DNA from: Ostreococcus lucimarinus
Taxonomy: Eukaryota
Length of the DNA: 64,000 bases
Strand: one strand, 5' to 3'
Assembly (NCBI GenBank): GCA_000092065.1
Contig: CP000584.1
The position numbers were made by a program, and so were the translations under genes. Positions 29,738-42,800 of this stretch are shown in pieces. How positions within the stretch are numbered: position 1 is the stretch's first letter; each line of letters starts with the position of its first letter. The notes under the pieces are model-generated. The model worked only from the letters and a program-made list of their open reading frames with translations, was not told the DNA's origin and ran no database searches.

Positions 29738-29780
29738 GATGAGCGATCAGGCGGTGTTGCTGCTCCGGAAGCAGCTCAAA
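29738..29780 (+). CDS. UBC7: UBC7/UBE2G-type E2 exon 1 (MSDQAVLLLRKQLK + 1 nt)
   Basis: ATG 29738. Donor AAAG|GTGCGAC at 29781. Without splicing, the N-terminus runs into an Arg-rich non-homologous stretch. Confidence 0.7.
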
Positions 29781-29948
29781 GGTGCGACGCGCGCGACGCG
29801 ACGCGCGCGACGCGGATTCGGGCGCGACGCGCGACGCGACGACGGCGCGAGCGATGGGATTTCGACCGATCGCTGGCGGCGGTGTCGCGCGTCTGTTTCG
29901 GCGCGCACGCGCGGGAGACTGACGCGAACGCGTCGCGAACGCGAGCAG

Positions 29949-30403
29949 AGCTTTCGAGAAACCCGATCGAGGGGTTCTCCGCGGGTTTGGTGGATGATTG
30001 CAACGTGTTCGAGTGGCAAGTCACGGTCATGGGACCGCCCGAGACGCTGTACGAGGGCGGGTTCTTTACGTGTAACATGTCGTTTCCGAAAGATTATCCG
30101 AATAAGCCGCCGACGGTGAAGTTCGTGAGCGAGATGTGGCATCCGAACGTGTACGCCGATGGACGGGTGTGCATATCGATCTTACACTCGCCTGGGAATG
30201 ATCCCAACGGGTACGAGGACGCGAGCGAGCGATGGAGTCCGGTGCAGACGGTGGAGACGATTATGTTGAGCGTGATTTCTATGCTTTCCGATCCGAACGA
30301 TGAGAGCCCGGCGAACGTAGACGCGGCCAAGGAGTGGCGTGATGATTATCCGGCGTTCAAGAAGCGTGTGGCGCGATGTGTGCGAAGGAGTCAAGAGGAG
30401 TAA
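29949..30403 (+). CDS. UBC7: UBC7/UBE2G-type ubiquitin-conjugating enzyme exon 2
   Basis: Acceptor gagCAG| at 29946-48. ELSRNPIEGFSAGLVDDCNVFEWQVTVMGPPETLYEGGFF...HPNVYADGRVCISILHSPGNDPNGYEDASERWSPVQTVE...NVDAAKEWR has the HPN active site plus the acidic loop insertion of UBC7/UBE2G. Spliced product is 166 aa. Confidence 0.85.
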
Positions 30404-30534
30404 TCGCGCGGTTGATTCGGCGCCGATGCGAAAAATCGGTGACTCAGTAGACAAACAACTCAGCAAATAGCGAGAGCCCAACGGCGCTCTATAGATAGAA
30501 GCTCGATGATGACGATGCTGAAGCAGCTCCAAGA

Positions 30535-30542
30535 ACGACGGC

Positions 30543-30575
<33 letters not shown>
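30535..30575. repeat. (GAC)n microsatellite in the UBC7-AlaRS intergenic spacer
   Basis: gacgacgacgacgacggcgacgacgacgacgac. A TGTAA follows at 30585-30589. Confidence 0.7.
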
Positions 30576-30751
30576 AGATTTATTTGTAATACGACGCACT
30601 GGAATTTGTTATGGAAGTGTTGCACGCCGTTTGCACGTCATAAAGAATGTGCCACTAAAGTGACAGTCATTTTGATCCGACGCGCACATCGCGCGCGCGA
30701 ACGCGCGCTAATCACTGGAGTTTTTTTATGGATATTGCATGATGTTTTAGT

Positions 30752-33700
30752 TTAAATGGCGAGTTTCGCGAACGCTTCGGCGGCGGCGACGGCATCTGGA
30801 ACAGCGTCGACGTTCGGTCCTTGACCTTGCGCCAAACCACCCTTACCGCCGCCACCCTTACCACCGAGCGGGCCGCACGACGCCGCAAGCCAGCCCTTGA
30901 CGTCGATGCCGACATCCGGAGGCACGCTGCAGTAAACGAACTCTTTACCCTTGCAGTTCGCCAAGAGTGTGCACGCGATACCTTCGGCGAAAGCGACCGC
31001 CGCCGCTTCCTTCATAGCGCCAGCATCAGTACCGTCCGCCAGGGTGGCGACAAAGTACTTTGCACCCGCAGACTTTGTCGCGGCGGTTTTTTCTTGAACG
31101 TCTACGATGGCTTGCGCCTTGGCCGCCGCGGCGGCTTCCTTTTGCGCGTCCAGGACTCGCTTGACTTGACTAGTGACAGCGGCACGAATTTCCTCGCGCT
31201 GAATGACGGGAAGAACTTCAGTGTCGACGACGTTTTTCAACACACCCAGTTGTTTGTCGAGCGCTTCGCCGGACAACGAATCGCAACTCTTCACCAGAGC
31301 GAGAACGTCCGCAGCGCGCGCGAGCGCCGCTTTAGCCCCTTCGCGCGTCGCCCCGGTGATGCGACGAATACCCTTTGCGATACCACTTTCTTCAAGAATG
31401 ACGAATTGCTCCGCGAAATCGGTCGACGCCAAGTGGGTGCCGCCACAGAACTCTATGGAGTAGTTTTTCCACTTGTCATCCGACGGGTTGGCGAGCAAGT
31501 CGTCGATGCTCGGACCTACAGACACCACACGAACGGGGTCGGGGTACACCTCACCGAACACCGCGCGTAAACCGTTGATAGTCATCGCCTTGTCTAACGC
31601 TACCTCGCGTTTGTCTACTGCGAGCTTTGATTTGATTTGCTCGTTCACGATGGCCTCGATTTCAGCAATTTGTTTCGTCGTCGCCCCCTTGTTGTGAGAA
31701 AAATCGAATCGCAACTTTTCTTCATCTACTAACGAACCTTTTTGATCGACACCATCACCCATCACCTTGCGCAACGCATAATTGAGCACGTGCGTCATCG
31801 TGTGGTTGGGCATGATGTTATCTCGACGGTCATAATCGACTGCGCACTTCGCGGCATCGCCAACACTCACTGTGCCGGATACGTCGCCGGTGTGCATCAC
31901 GTACGCCGCAGCAACCTTGACATCCGATACGGACATCGAGCCACTCGGGGTGGTAATCAAACCCGAGTCACACACTTGACCACCCGACTCGGCGTAAAAC
32001 GTCGTTGCGTCCATGAAGAACCCGTAAGGTCCTTCGGCGTCGGAGGTGGATTTTATGAATCCGCTTGGCGACATGATGGCGGTGACGGTGCTTTCGAGCG
32101 TCGGTCGTCCGCTTGCGTACTTTTCTTCATCCTTCGTGATTGCCACACCATTGTTTTGCAACCACGCAGTGGCTTCCGCTTCGAACAGCAACTGCACACC
32201 TCCAGACTTCTTACCGCCGGCGCGAGACTTTTCTTGCGCTTCGGCAAACGCCTGCGCGAAACCTTCATTGTCGAGCGTAAAACCGTTCTCCTCGGCCATA
32301 AGCTCCGTAAGATCATTCGGGAAACCATACGATTCCCACAACAAGAACGCTTCCGGACCAGAAATCACTGTTCTACCTTCTTGCTTAGCCGCCGCGAGAA
32401 CCTTGCCGAATTGGTCGATACCCTTTTGGAGCGTTCGGCCGAACGACTCCTCTTCGTCGGCGATGATTTCGGTAATGTGCGTTTGCTTGGCGACGAGTTC
32501 TGGGAATACAGCTCCAAGCTGCTGAATCAAACACGGGACGAGTTTGTGAAAGAAACCTTGCTTTGCACCGAGCTTCTCACGTCCGAAGCGGACCGCTCGG
32601 CGAAGGACGCGACGCAACACGTAGTTGCGGCCATCTGACCCGGGAGCCGCGCCATCGGCGATGGCGATGGACAATGTGCGAATATGATCAGCGACAACGC
32701 GGTAAGCCATGTCTTTCTCCCCGACGTCCTCCTTGCCGAGAAGGCCAGTGTAGGGTGCGGCACCACTGATGCGCTGAATCTCCTTGAAGATGGGCATAAA
32801 GACATCCGTATCGTAATTGCTCATCTTGTTTTGTAAGATCGACGTCAGACGCTCGAAACCCATACCGGTGTCGACATGCTTCGAGGGAAGCGATTTGAGA
32901 ACACCGCCCTCTTCGCGATTGTACTGAATGAACACGACGTTCCAGATTTCGAGGCAGTTCGGGTCATCCATGTTCACCAAGGAGGCCGCGTCTCTGCCAC
33001 CGATGCGATCATAGTGAATCTCAGTGCATGGACCGCACGGGCCGACGTCGCCCATCTCCCAGAAGTTGTCCGCGCACCCAAATGGCATGACGCGAGACTC
33101 CGGAAGATACTTCAACCAAATTGCCTTGGCCTCTAAGTCGGGTTGCAAGCCTTGCGACTCGTCACCGCCAAAGTACGTCGCATACAAGCGATCGGGCGCG
33201 AGACCGTACACATTCGTGAGAAGATCCCACGCCATACCGATGGCTTCTTCCTTGAAGTAATCGCCGAAAGACCAGTTACCCAACATCTCAAAGAAGGTGT
33301 GATGGTACGTGTCTTTTCCAACATCGTCCAAATCGTTGTGCTTCCCGCCTGCGCGAATGCACTTTTGCGTATTCGTCGCCCTGGTGAGCTTGGCAAACGC
33401 CGTCTTCGGATCAGCCTTGCCCAGGAAAATCGGTTTGTATTGATTCATGCCCGCGTTTGCGAAGAGAAGCGTGGGGTCGTTGACAGGCACCGCTGGCGAT
33501 GACGGCCAGTTCACGTGGCCCTGCTTTTCGATGAAGTAGTTGACGAAGGTATCTCTGACGCGCGAGGACGGCCATTCTTCTACGTACTTGACCGGCCGCG
33601 GCAACTCCTTCGGTCCACTAGGATCGTACGTCGCGGCTTGCTCGCACACCGGCATCGTACCCACGGATTCAAGCCATTCTTGCGTCGCGTACACGGTCTC

Positions 33701-34336
33701 GATCCATCGCAAAAGCTTCGGGTAGTTGGCTTGCCATTCGCTTCGCGGGACGAGGTAGCAGTACACGTTGCTCAAGCCGCTCGCGCCGACGATATCAGCG
33801 AGCGAAAGCGCGTTATCTACCAAGAACACAGCATCGTGCGCCGATAAGTACGCCTCCACGGCCGCCATGAACCCAGCCACGATCTTTTTCGCCTCGCTCT
33901 CCTTCTTTTCATCGTACACGATTCCCCGAGCGGCGCCGATGCCCACAATCGGATACAACCACTGCGGTCCGCACACGTCCACGACGTTGAAAGAATCCAT
34001 CCAACCATCAATTCTCGCTCGTGTCCACGCATCATTGGGGTAAATGCTCCCTCCCGTAGCCCCAGTGCTCGCCAAATACCTCGCGATCGCGTTACTTTCA
34101 AACGCCGCGCTCCCGCGCTCGACGTTTTCCACGCACGGCACCTTTCCAAACGGGTTCTTTTCCTTCAAGTACGCCGCGCTCTTGTTCGTCGTCCCCATCA
34201 CGCACTCCGCTTGCTCCAGCGTTTCATCCTTCACGCCAGCGAACCGCGCCGCCGCCGCGATTCGATGCGACCGCGTCGTGCTTCCGTACAGTTTGAGTCC
34301 CATCGCGCCAAAAACTTTGCCACGGATCGAGAGCAA
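30752..34336 (-). CDS. AARS: Alanyl-tRNA synthetase with an N-terminal EF1B-gamma-type GST-like domain, 1194 aa
   Basis: AlaRS catalytic core (FANAGMNQYKPIFLG, WSFGDYFK, motif 3 region), tRNA-recognition and editing domains (HTMTHVLNYALRKV...CGGTHL), and C-Ala. The first approximately 230 aa match the GST-like fold of EF1B-gamma/aaRS appendages (MGTTNKSAAYLKEKNPFGKVPCVENVERGSAAFESNAIARYLA). Confidence 0.9.
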   Translation of the reverse strand: MLSIRGKVFGAMGLKLYGSTTRSHRIAAAARFAGVKDETLEQAECVMGTTNKSAAYLKEKNPFGKVPCVENVERGSAAFESNAIARYLASTGATGGSIYPNDAWTRARIDGWMDSFNVVDVCGPQWLYPIVGIGAARGIVYDEKKESEAKKIVAGFMAAVEAYLSAHDAVFLVDNALSLADIVGASGLSNVYCYLVPRSEWQANYPKLLRWIETVYATQEWLESVGTMPVCEQAATYDPSGPKELPRPVKYVEEWPSSRVRDTFVNYFIEKQGHVNWPSSPAVPVNDPTLLFANAGMNQYKPIFLGKADPKTAFAKLTRATNTQKCIRAGGKHNDLDDVGKDTYHHTFFEMLGNWSFGDYFKEEAIGMAWDLLTNVYGLAPDRLYATYFGGDESQGLQPDLEAKAIWLKYLPESRVMPFGCADNFWEMGDVGPCGPCTEIHYDRIGGRDAASLVNMDDPNCLEIWNVVFIQYNREEGGVLKSLPSKHVDTGMGFERLTSILQNKMSNYDTDVFMPIFKEIQRISGAAPYTGLLGKEDVGEKDMAYRVVADHIRTLSIAIADGAAPGSDGRNYVLRRVLRRAVRFGREKLGAKQGFFHKLVPCLIQQLGAVFPELVAKQTHITEIIADEEESFGRTLQKGIDQFGKVLAAAKQEGRTVISGPEAFLLWESYGFPNDLTELMAEENGFTLDNEGFAQAFAEAQEKSRAGGKKSGGVQLLFEAEATAWLQNNGVAITKDEEKYASGRPTLESTVTAIMSPSGFIKSTSDAEGPYGFFMDATTFYAESGGQVCDSGLITTPSGSMSVSDVKVAAAYVMHTGDVSGTVSVGDAAKCAVDYDRRDNIMPNHTMTHVLNYALRKVMGDGVDQKGSLVDEEKLRFDFSHNKGATTKQIAEIEAIVNEQIKSKLAVDKREVALDKAMTINGLRAVFGEVYPDPVRVVSVGPSIDDLLANPSDDKWKNYSIEFCGGTHLASTDFAEQFVILEESGIAKGIRRITGATREGAKAALARAADVLALVKSCDSLSGEALDKQLGVLKNVVDTEVLPVIQREEIRAAVTSQVKRVLDAQKEAAAAAKAQAIVDVQEKTAATKSAGAKYFVATLADGTDAGAMKEAAAVAFAEGIACTLLANCKGKEFVYCSVPPDVGIDVKGWLAASCGPLGGKGGGGKGGLAQGQGPNVDAVPDAVAAAEAFAKLAI

Positions 34337-34736
34337 TCACCGTCGTTCCCTCGCGCGCGCGGCGCGTTCGCGGGCGTCGGTCGTGGACTTTCGCGTTCGA
34401 GTGCGTTCGCTTCGCGTCCGTTCGCTCGCGCGCGGACGATCGGCGTGCGCGACGCGCGTGGGAGTGACGTTCCATTCGCCGACGCGTCGAGGCGGCGGCT
34501 TTCGCCCTATCCACGAAAGAAAGACCTGAAACCACGCGGGTGCGAAAACCAAAAACGCGGGCGGGCGAGAAGGCGAATCGAGGTTTTAATGCACGTTCAT
34601 ACATAATGCTGTAGGTATTCTCAAGCGCGAAGACCGAGCGAAGAAGTTTGACTAGGAGCGCGAGGCGAACGAACCGAGCGCGGTGCTACGCCGCAGGGCG
34701 GCGCGAGGTCGACGCGATGCTCACGAGACGCGGCGC

Positions 34737-37745
<3,009 letters not shown>

Positions 37746-37856
37746 TTATTAGTTTTTAGTAATACAAAGATCAGATGGATATCGATAAGGATTTTCTTTT
37801 CGCTTGCCACATTTCGGTTTTGTTGTGCCGGGTCTTGGTTTATCATTCTCGGATCG

Positions 37857-38810
37857 TCAAGCGATGATATCGCTTTGCAAAGCTTCGTTACTAGCGCCAC
37901 CGCTACCGTCACCGCTACCATCGCCGCTACTGTTATCGTCGGGTGAAGCGTCGGACACTTTGCCAAAAGTTTTGGGACGCAAACGCTCGGCATCTTGGGC
38001 GTCGAGAAACGTCGAGCATCCGTCCTCCAAAAGGTCGGATTGCTGCTGCCACATTTGCTTCGAGCACATATTATTCCGCAAATTTCGAATCAGTAAAAGA
38101 GCAGTCTCCCTGTCGATGGCCGTCATATTTTCCAATGGCGTCGTGTGCGACAATCTCAAAGCGTGTTCTGGCTCTGTTCGCGCTTCGTTCACTTTGAACA
38201 AATCTGCGAGAAAACCGTAGACGGTAGCGAAATCTGGGGTGTTCGTGCTATTTTGTAGCGGTGGTGGCACGCCCGGAGCGCGTTTCGGCGCTACGGGTAG
38301 CGAGCCATCCGGTTCCACTTGCAGCCGTAAACGCATCGCTTGCGACATGCCTGGCACGTAGTTGACGGCGCGCTCACCGTCTGCATGATTGCTTTTTTTG
38401 TGTCTCGGTGGCGGCATCTGGTCTCCTTGACCAGACTTCATCAGCTTCAGGAAGTGTTTTTGCGCGTGTGATCTGATCTGCACAACGTCCTTTGATCCGA
38501 CGTATTCCTCGATTCGTTTCCAGTCGCGGCTATACAACTCCAGCGCTCGCAAAAATCTCTGATGTTCCTTCGGCGTCCACGACACACGCGCCCGAGTCTG
38601 CGTGTACGGTTTACGAGGTTTCTTTTTTCCATCCGCACTCGCTCCGCGCGTCGCCGACTTTCGCTTCGACATCTTGTTCGTGTCGCGCGCCACCTTGTCC
38701 ACGGCGGCTTGCACCATCTCCTTGGTGACGATCGGTGGCGACGTCGTCGGCCCGGGGTCCGCCTGCGCCTCCGCGTGCCCTGGCGCCGCCACCAATGCAC
38801 CGTGCTTCAT
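37857..38810 (-). CDS. Single-MYB (SHAQK[Y/F]F class) transcription factor, CCA1/LHY/RVE-like
   Basis: SWTPKEHQRFLRALELYSRDWKRIEEYVGSKDVVQIRSHAQKHFLKL matches the clock-MYB signature. The ORF-track N-terminal extension (to 39095) is Arg-rich, so the start is taken at MKHGALVA (38810). Confidence 0.75.
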   Translation of the reverse strand: MKHGALVAAPGHAEAQADPGPTTSPPIVTKEMVQAAVDKVARDTNKMSKRKSATRGASADGKKKPRKPYTQTRARVSWTPKEHQRFLRALELYSRDWKRIEEYVGSKDVVQIRSHAQKHFLKLMKSGQGDQMPPPRHKKSNHADGERAVNYVPGMSQAMRLRLQVEPDGSLPVAPKRAPGVPPPLQNSTNTPDFATVYGFLADLFKVNEARTEPEHALRLSHTTPLENMTAIDRETALLLIRNLRNNMCSKQMWQQQSDLLEDGCSTFLDAQDAERLRPKTFGKVSDASPDDNSSGDGSGDGSGGASNEALQSDIIA

Positions 38811-39115
38811 CTTCCGCGTCGCGCCGATCGCGTCCTCGGTCGATCGGGTGCCGACGCGTCGAGCGGGTGCCGACGCGTCGAGCCGATCCGATCCGACGAT
38901 CGAGCCACTCGACACCGTCACCGCGCGCGCGCGCCCGACCCTCTTTCGCGTCCGCGCGCGTCGCGCGACGCGCTCGCGTCGTTCGAGCGCGCGTCTCGCC
39001 CGACGCGTCGGTGCCGCGCCGCGGTGCGTCGAGCGACCGCGTGTGACGCTTCGGTCGCGACGCGTCCGAGCGCTGGAGCGCGCGTTCGCCCGCACTTCGC
39101 GCCGCGCCTCGCAGC

Positions 39116-39664
39116 ATGGCCACGGTGGCCATCGCGCCCGACGTCCAGACGCACCCCACGGCGACGGCGGTGACGCTGGCGCTGAAGATGGCGCCGATCG
39201 CGACGTACTTGGCGTGCGAACTCGTCAATTCGGACGGTTTCGTCGCAAATTTCGTGGCGTGCGTCCTCGCGCTCGCGGTCGATTTTTGGTGGTGCAAGAA
39301 CGTCAGCGGACGCTTGCTCGTCGGTCTGCGGTATTGGAACGAGATAGACGACGCCGGGGAGTCGCGGTGGCGGTTCGAGGCGAGGGACGACGAGGGCATG
39401 GCGCGCGTGAGCGCGAACGAGAAGCGACTCTTCTGGACGACGCTGTACGGAGGCGCCATCGCGTGGGCCGCGCTGCTCGTCGGCGCCATCGCGTCGTTCG
39501 AATTGAACTACGCGTTGATCCCGTTGGTGGCGCTGTGCTTGGCGATGACGAATTTGGTGGGGTACTTTAAGTGTTCGAAGGACGCGCAGAGTCAGTTGAA
39601 TGGATTCGCGCGAAGGCAAGTCGCGAGCGCGTTGTTTTCGGGCGTCGGGTCCTCGGCCTCGTAG
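39116..39664 (+). CDS. TVP23: Golgi membrane protein TVP23 / FAM18 homologue, 182 aa
   Basis: Four TM segments and the family block VDFWWCKNVSGRLLVGLRYWNEIDDAGESRWRFEA. Confidence 0.8.
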   Translation: MATVAIAPDVQTHPTATAVTLALKMAPIATYLACELVNSDGFVANFVACVLALAVDFWWCKNVSGRLLVGLRYWNEIDDAGESRWRFEARDDEGMARVSANEKRLFWTTLYGGAIAWAALLVGAIASFELNYALIPLVALCLAMTNLVGYFKCSKDAQSQLNGFARRQVASALFSGVGSSAS

Positions 39665-39895
39665 ATCGAGGGTTTCGTTCATGTAGATATTTTAGGAGTT
39701 GTAACGCGCGCGATTCGCGCGATTCTCGCGTTCGTCTTGAGCCGCACGACGTTTTGATCCTCGCGAGAGCGTCGTCGCGCCGCGCGAGATTCAACCAGTC
39801 ATCGACATTCCGAACCGGTGCGGCATCATACGGCGACGCGTCGTCACCCGATCGCGTCGGAGGCGAGACTTGCGGTTATTCCGGAGTCGACGCGC

Positions 39896-42800
39896 GATGT
39901 CGCGCGCCGCGGGCGCGTCCGCGCCGTCCACGGCGAGCTCGCACGTTGCGTTCAGTGGCTGGCTGACCAAGCGCGGAGGAAAGGATTTATACGGTAAAGC
40001 CACGTGGCGCCTGCGATATTTCGTGCTTCGACGACCGAGACACGCGAAAGAGCGGGCGTGCGTGCGGTACTTCGCCAACGAACCCGCGGACGGGGCGGAG
40101 AGCGCGGCGAAAGGGGAGTTTGCGATTAACGGACAGAGTGCGGTGCGAATCTTGGATTCCGATGAAACGTTCGCGGAATTCGGGCTCAAAGCGCACAAGT
40201 ATGCCGGGAAGCGGATGTTTGCGTTTCAGACGATGCCGGGGCAGGGCGGGAAGAGCGCGGCGCTTGTCGTGGAGGCGGAGGATCTGACGACGATGCAACG
40301 GTGGGTGACGGCGATTAGCGAAGCAATCACTCGGGCAAGAAGTTTGGAGAATGAAGCGGCGAGTAAAACCGGTTTGGCGGTGTTAAACGCGCAAGTCGAT
40401 GGCGATGAAAACGATGTTTTACGAGGGAAGAACTTTCGGGGGACGCTTGAATTGGCGGGACTTTGCGGACCGCTCGGCGACGGCGCGCTCCCCGTGCATT
40501 TGGACGCGTGCTGGGAGAATTTGACCTTTGTTGATCTCATGGCGGATTCGTGCTTGAACGAAAAGCTCGGCAAGATGCGACGATCGAAATACGTGCGCGA
40601 GACGTTGACGAGCTTGGTCGACAGTGCGATCACGATTGGACGGTGCTTGGGGGCGTCGCCGATTCCCATGAGCGGGCCAGAGTCTAACGCGATGAGCACG
40701 ATTCGTCGAGCTCTTGATGATATGCTCGCACTCGCTCGCTTGATGCCAGTCGGTACGAAAGACAATAATATTTTTGTTTCGTTTCTTGCGGCGCTGTTGG
40801 ATCGCGTTCGTCAGCTTCGACCAGGTGAACTGATCATGTGTCCGGGAGGTTGGGCAAACGAAGAAGGCGGCGCTGCGGTGATTTACACCATTCACCGTCT
40901 CCCCGCACACTTCGTTGTGAGCTTGACCAACTGCGGCGACGGTGTGGAGTTTCATCCTATTCAAGCTGATCCTGCGAAAGATGCTTTCAAGTATATTCAT
41001 ACCATTCAGTTGATGGACGTTCCGATAGCCGTCGCGATGGACTCCTCGGCGTGGGCGCTGCTGTTCCGCCCGTTGATTTTCCCTCAAGACGCCGCCAGTG
41101 CGAAAGACATGATTTACAACAAGCTCCTTCCCATGATGAATGGTCGTCCTCTACTCGCTTCGGTCACCCCCAAACCACTGCGCACTGTTAAGTTTGCGAA
41201 ACAGCCAAGAGGACGCGATTCAAGCGGCGTCTTTACCGCACTCGAAGCCGCTCGATGCGGTCTCGCTAGTTTAGGTTGCCCGCCGAATCGTGCAGATGCG
41301 TTGGTGAACCTTGGAGTAAGGTTTGTCATGCTTGAAGAGGCCAAGCGCGATTTGGAGCGCGTGAACATGATCGGTGCAAGCGCTCTGGTTACGTTGCAAG
41401 CGGCGTGTAGAACGGTTGCGGAATACGCGGCGAATCATGCCGACTTGTGCGTCGAGGCAGAAGAAGCAAGTAATGGTGAGCCACCGAAGAAAACGACAAT
41501 GCCCCGAGAAACGCTGGCGCAGATGTTGCGCTCAGTTGAATCGGTGATTCTGCGGACAAAGGCCCTGCACGGCGCAACGACACTACCGCCGGCATTGCAA
41601 CCGCCGAAGGTACCGATCACGGCGTGCGCTTTACCACTCTTCAACCGCCTCGCCAGCGAAGGTAACGTAGATTCGTTAGCAGGTGCAGCTAGAACGCCAC
41701 CGATTTTGAGGCCAGTCGAACTCACATTGGTGCCGGATGCCGTGGCGAAGCTAGAAGACGTACCCAAGGCGTTGAGAAACGCGCTGCATTGCTGCACGAT
41801 TCTCGCAAACCAAGCGGATTTGATGCCAAACTCTTACGCCTTGCGCGTGAGCTTGCTCGTGCACTTGTTTGTACATGTCCTGCCGGCACCTTTACCTATT
41901 ACGCACCCTGAGAGACATACGAAATGCTTTTGGGCATCGGTGAACACCACCTATGAGCTCCAAGCTGAAATTTTGAGGAGTCTAAATTTGTTGCTGCGGC
42001 ACTTTTCCGCCGCAGCGCTTTCAATCAGCGTCACGCAGACTTTCGATGCAGCGCGTTTACTCACCATTGCCAATTTCGCGGCAATCGCGGATGCGACGCT
42101 TCGTCTTAAAGTAGCAGACGCGCCGTCTGCGTTCATGCAACACTACGCCGGATACGCCGAAGGTCCGATTTCGGCGTTTGGTTTTGAAATCGGTCCGTTC
42201 GCCGTTGAGGCAGAGTACTTGCGTTTCCACTGCCCAGAACGTACCATTAGGTTGACTCAGACGCTGGATTACTTTCATAGCTTGAAGAAAACGATCGAGA
42301 GCGATCACATGATTTACCGTTGGGAGAATGAAGCCGCGGGTGGGATGTCGTTTGGCGTCGGCGAGGCGAGACTCATCGATCAAGTCTGTTTGCAAATGGG
42401 TATCGGCCGAGAAGATCCAGAGTACTTGGCAAAGTATCACAGTGGCGAGTTGCGTGAGTTTGCCGATAGCTATCCGGAAATGAGTGCACTTCGAGATATC
42501 ATTTTCATGTTCAAGTTACTCATGGCGCCGACGTCAGACGACCTTCCAGAGCTCGCACGTTGGAAGCCCATCGACGCTGCGTTGGATTGGAGTGTGGCGC
42601 GACGCGAAAGTTCGCGTAGTTACTTTGACTTGGAAGTGCGGGCTTTCGGTCGTGCTTTGACTATTCAGCCTTGGAAAGAACCAGAGGTAGAACAGGGCAC
42701 GTCTAAGACAGGTTGGCGTAACATTTTTGGCGGTGGATTTTTCGCAAGAATGCAAGATCGCCGGCCGCGATGCCCACCTTCGGGCGCCAATCCCAGCAAC

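Noticed and set aside
30821-33847. Multiple 80-300-aa plus ORFs
   Set aside because: Antisense to the AlaRS gene.
38602-39682. 322-aa plus ORF and the 292-aa and 254-aa minus ORFs
   Set aside because: Overlap the MYB gene and the MYB/TVP23 divergent spacer. Arg/Ala-rich. TVP23 (39116..39664) is the only one with family motifs.
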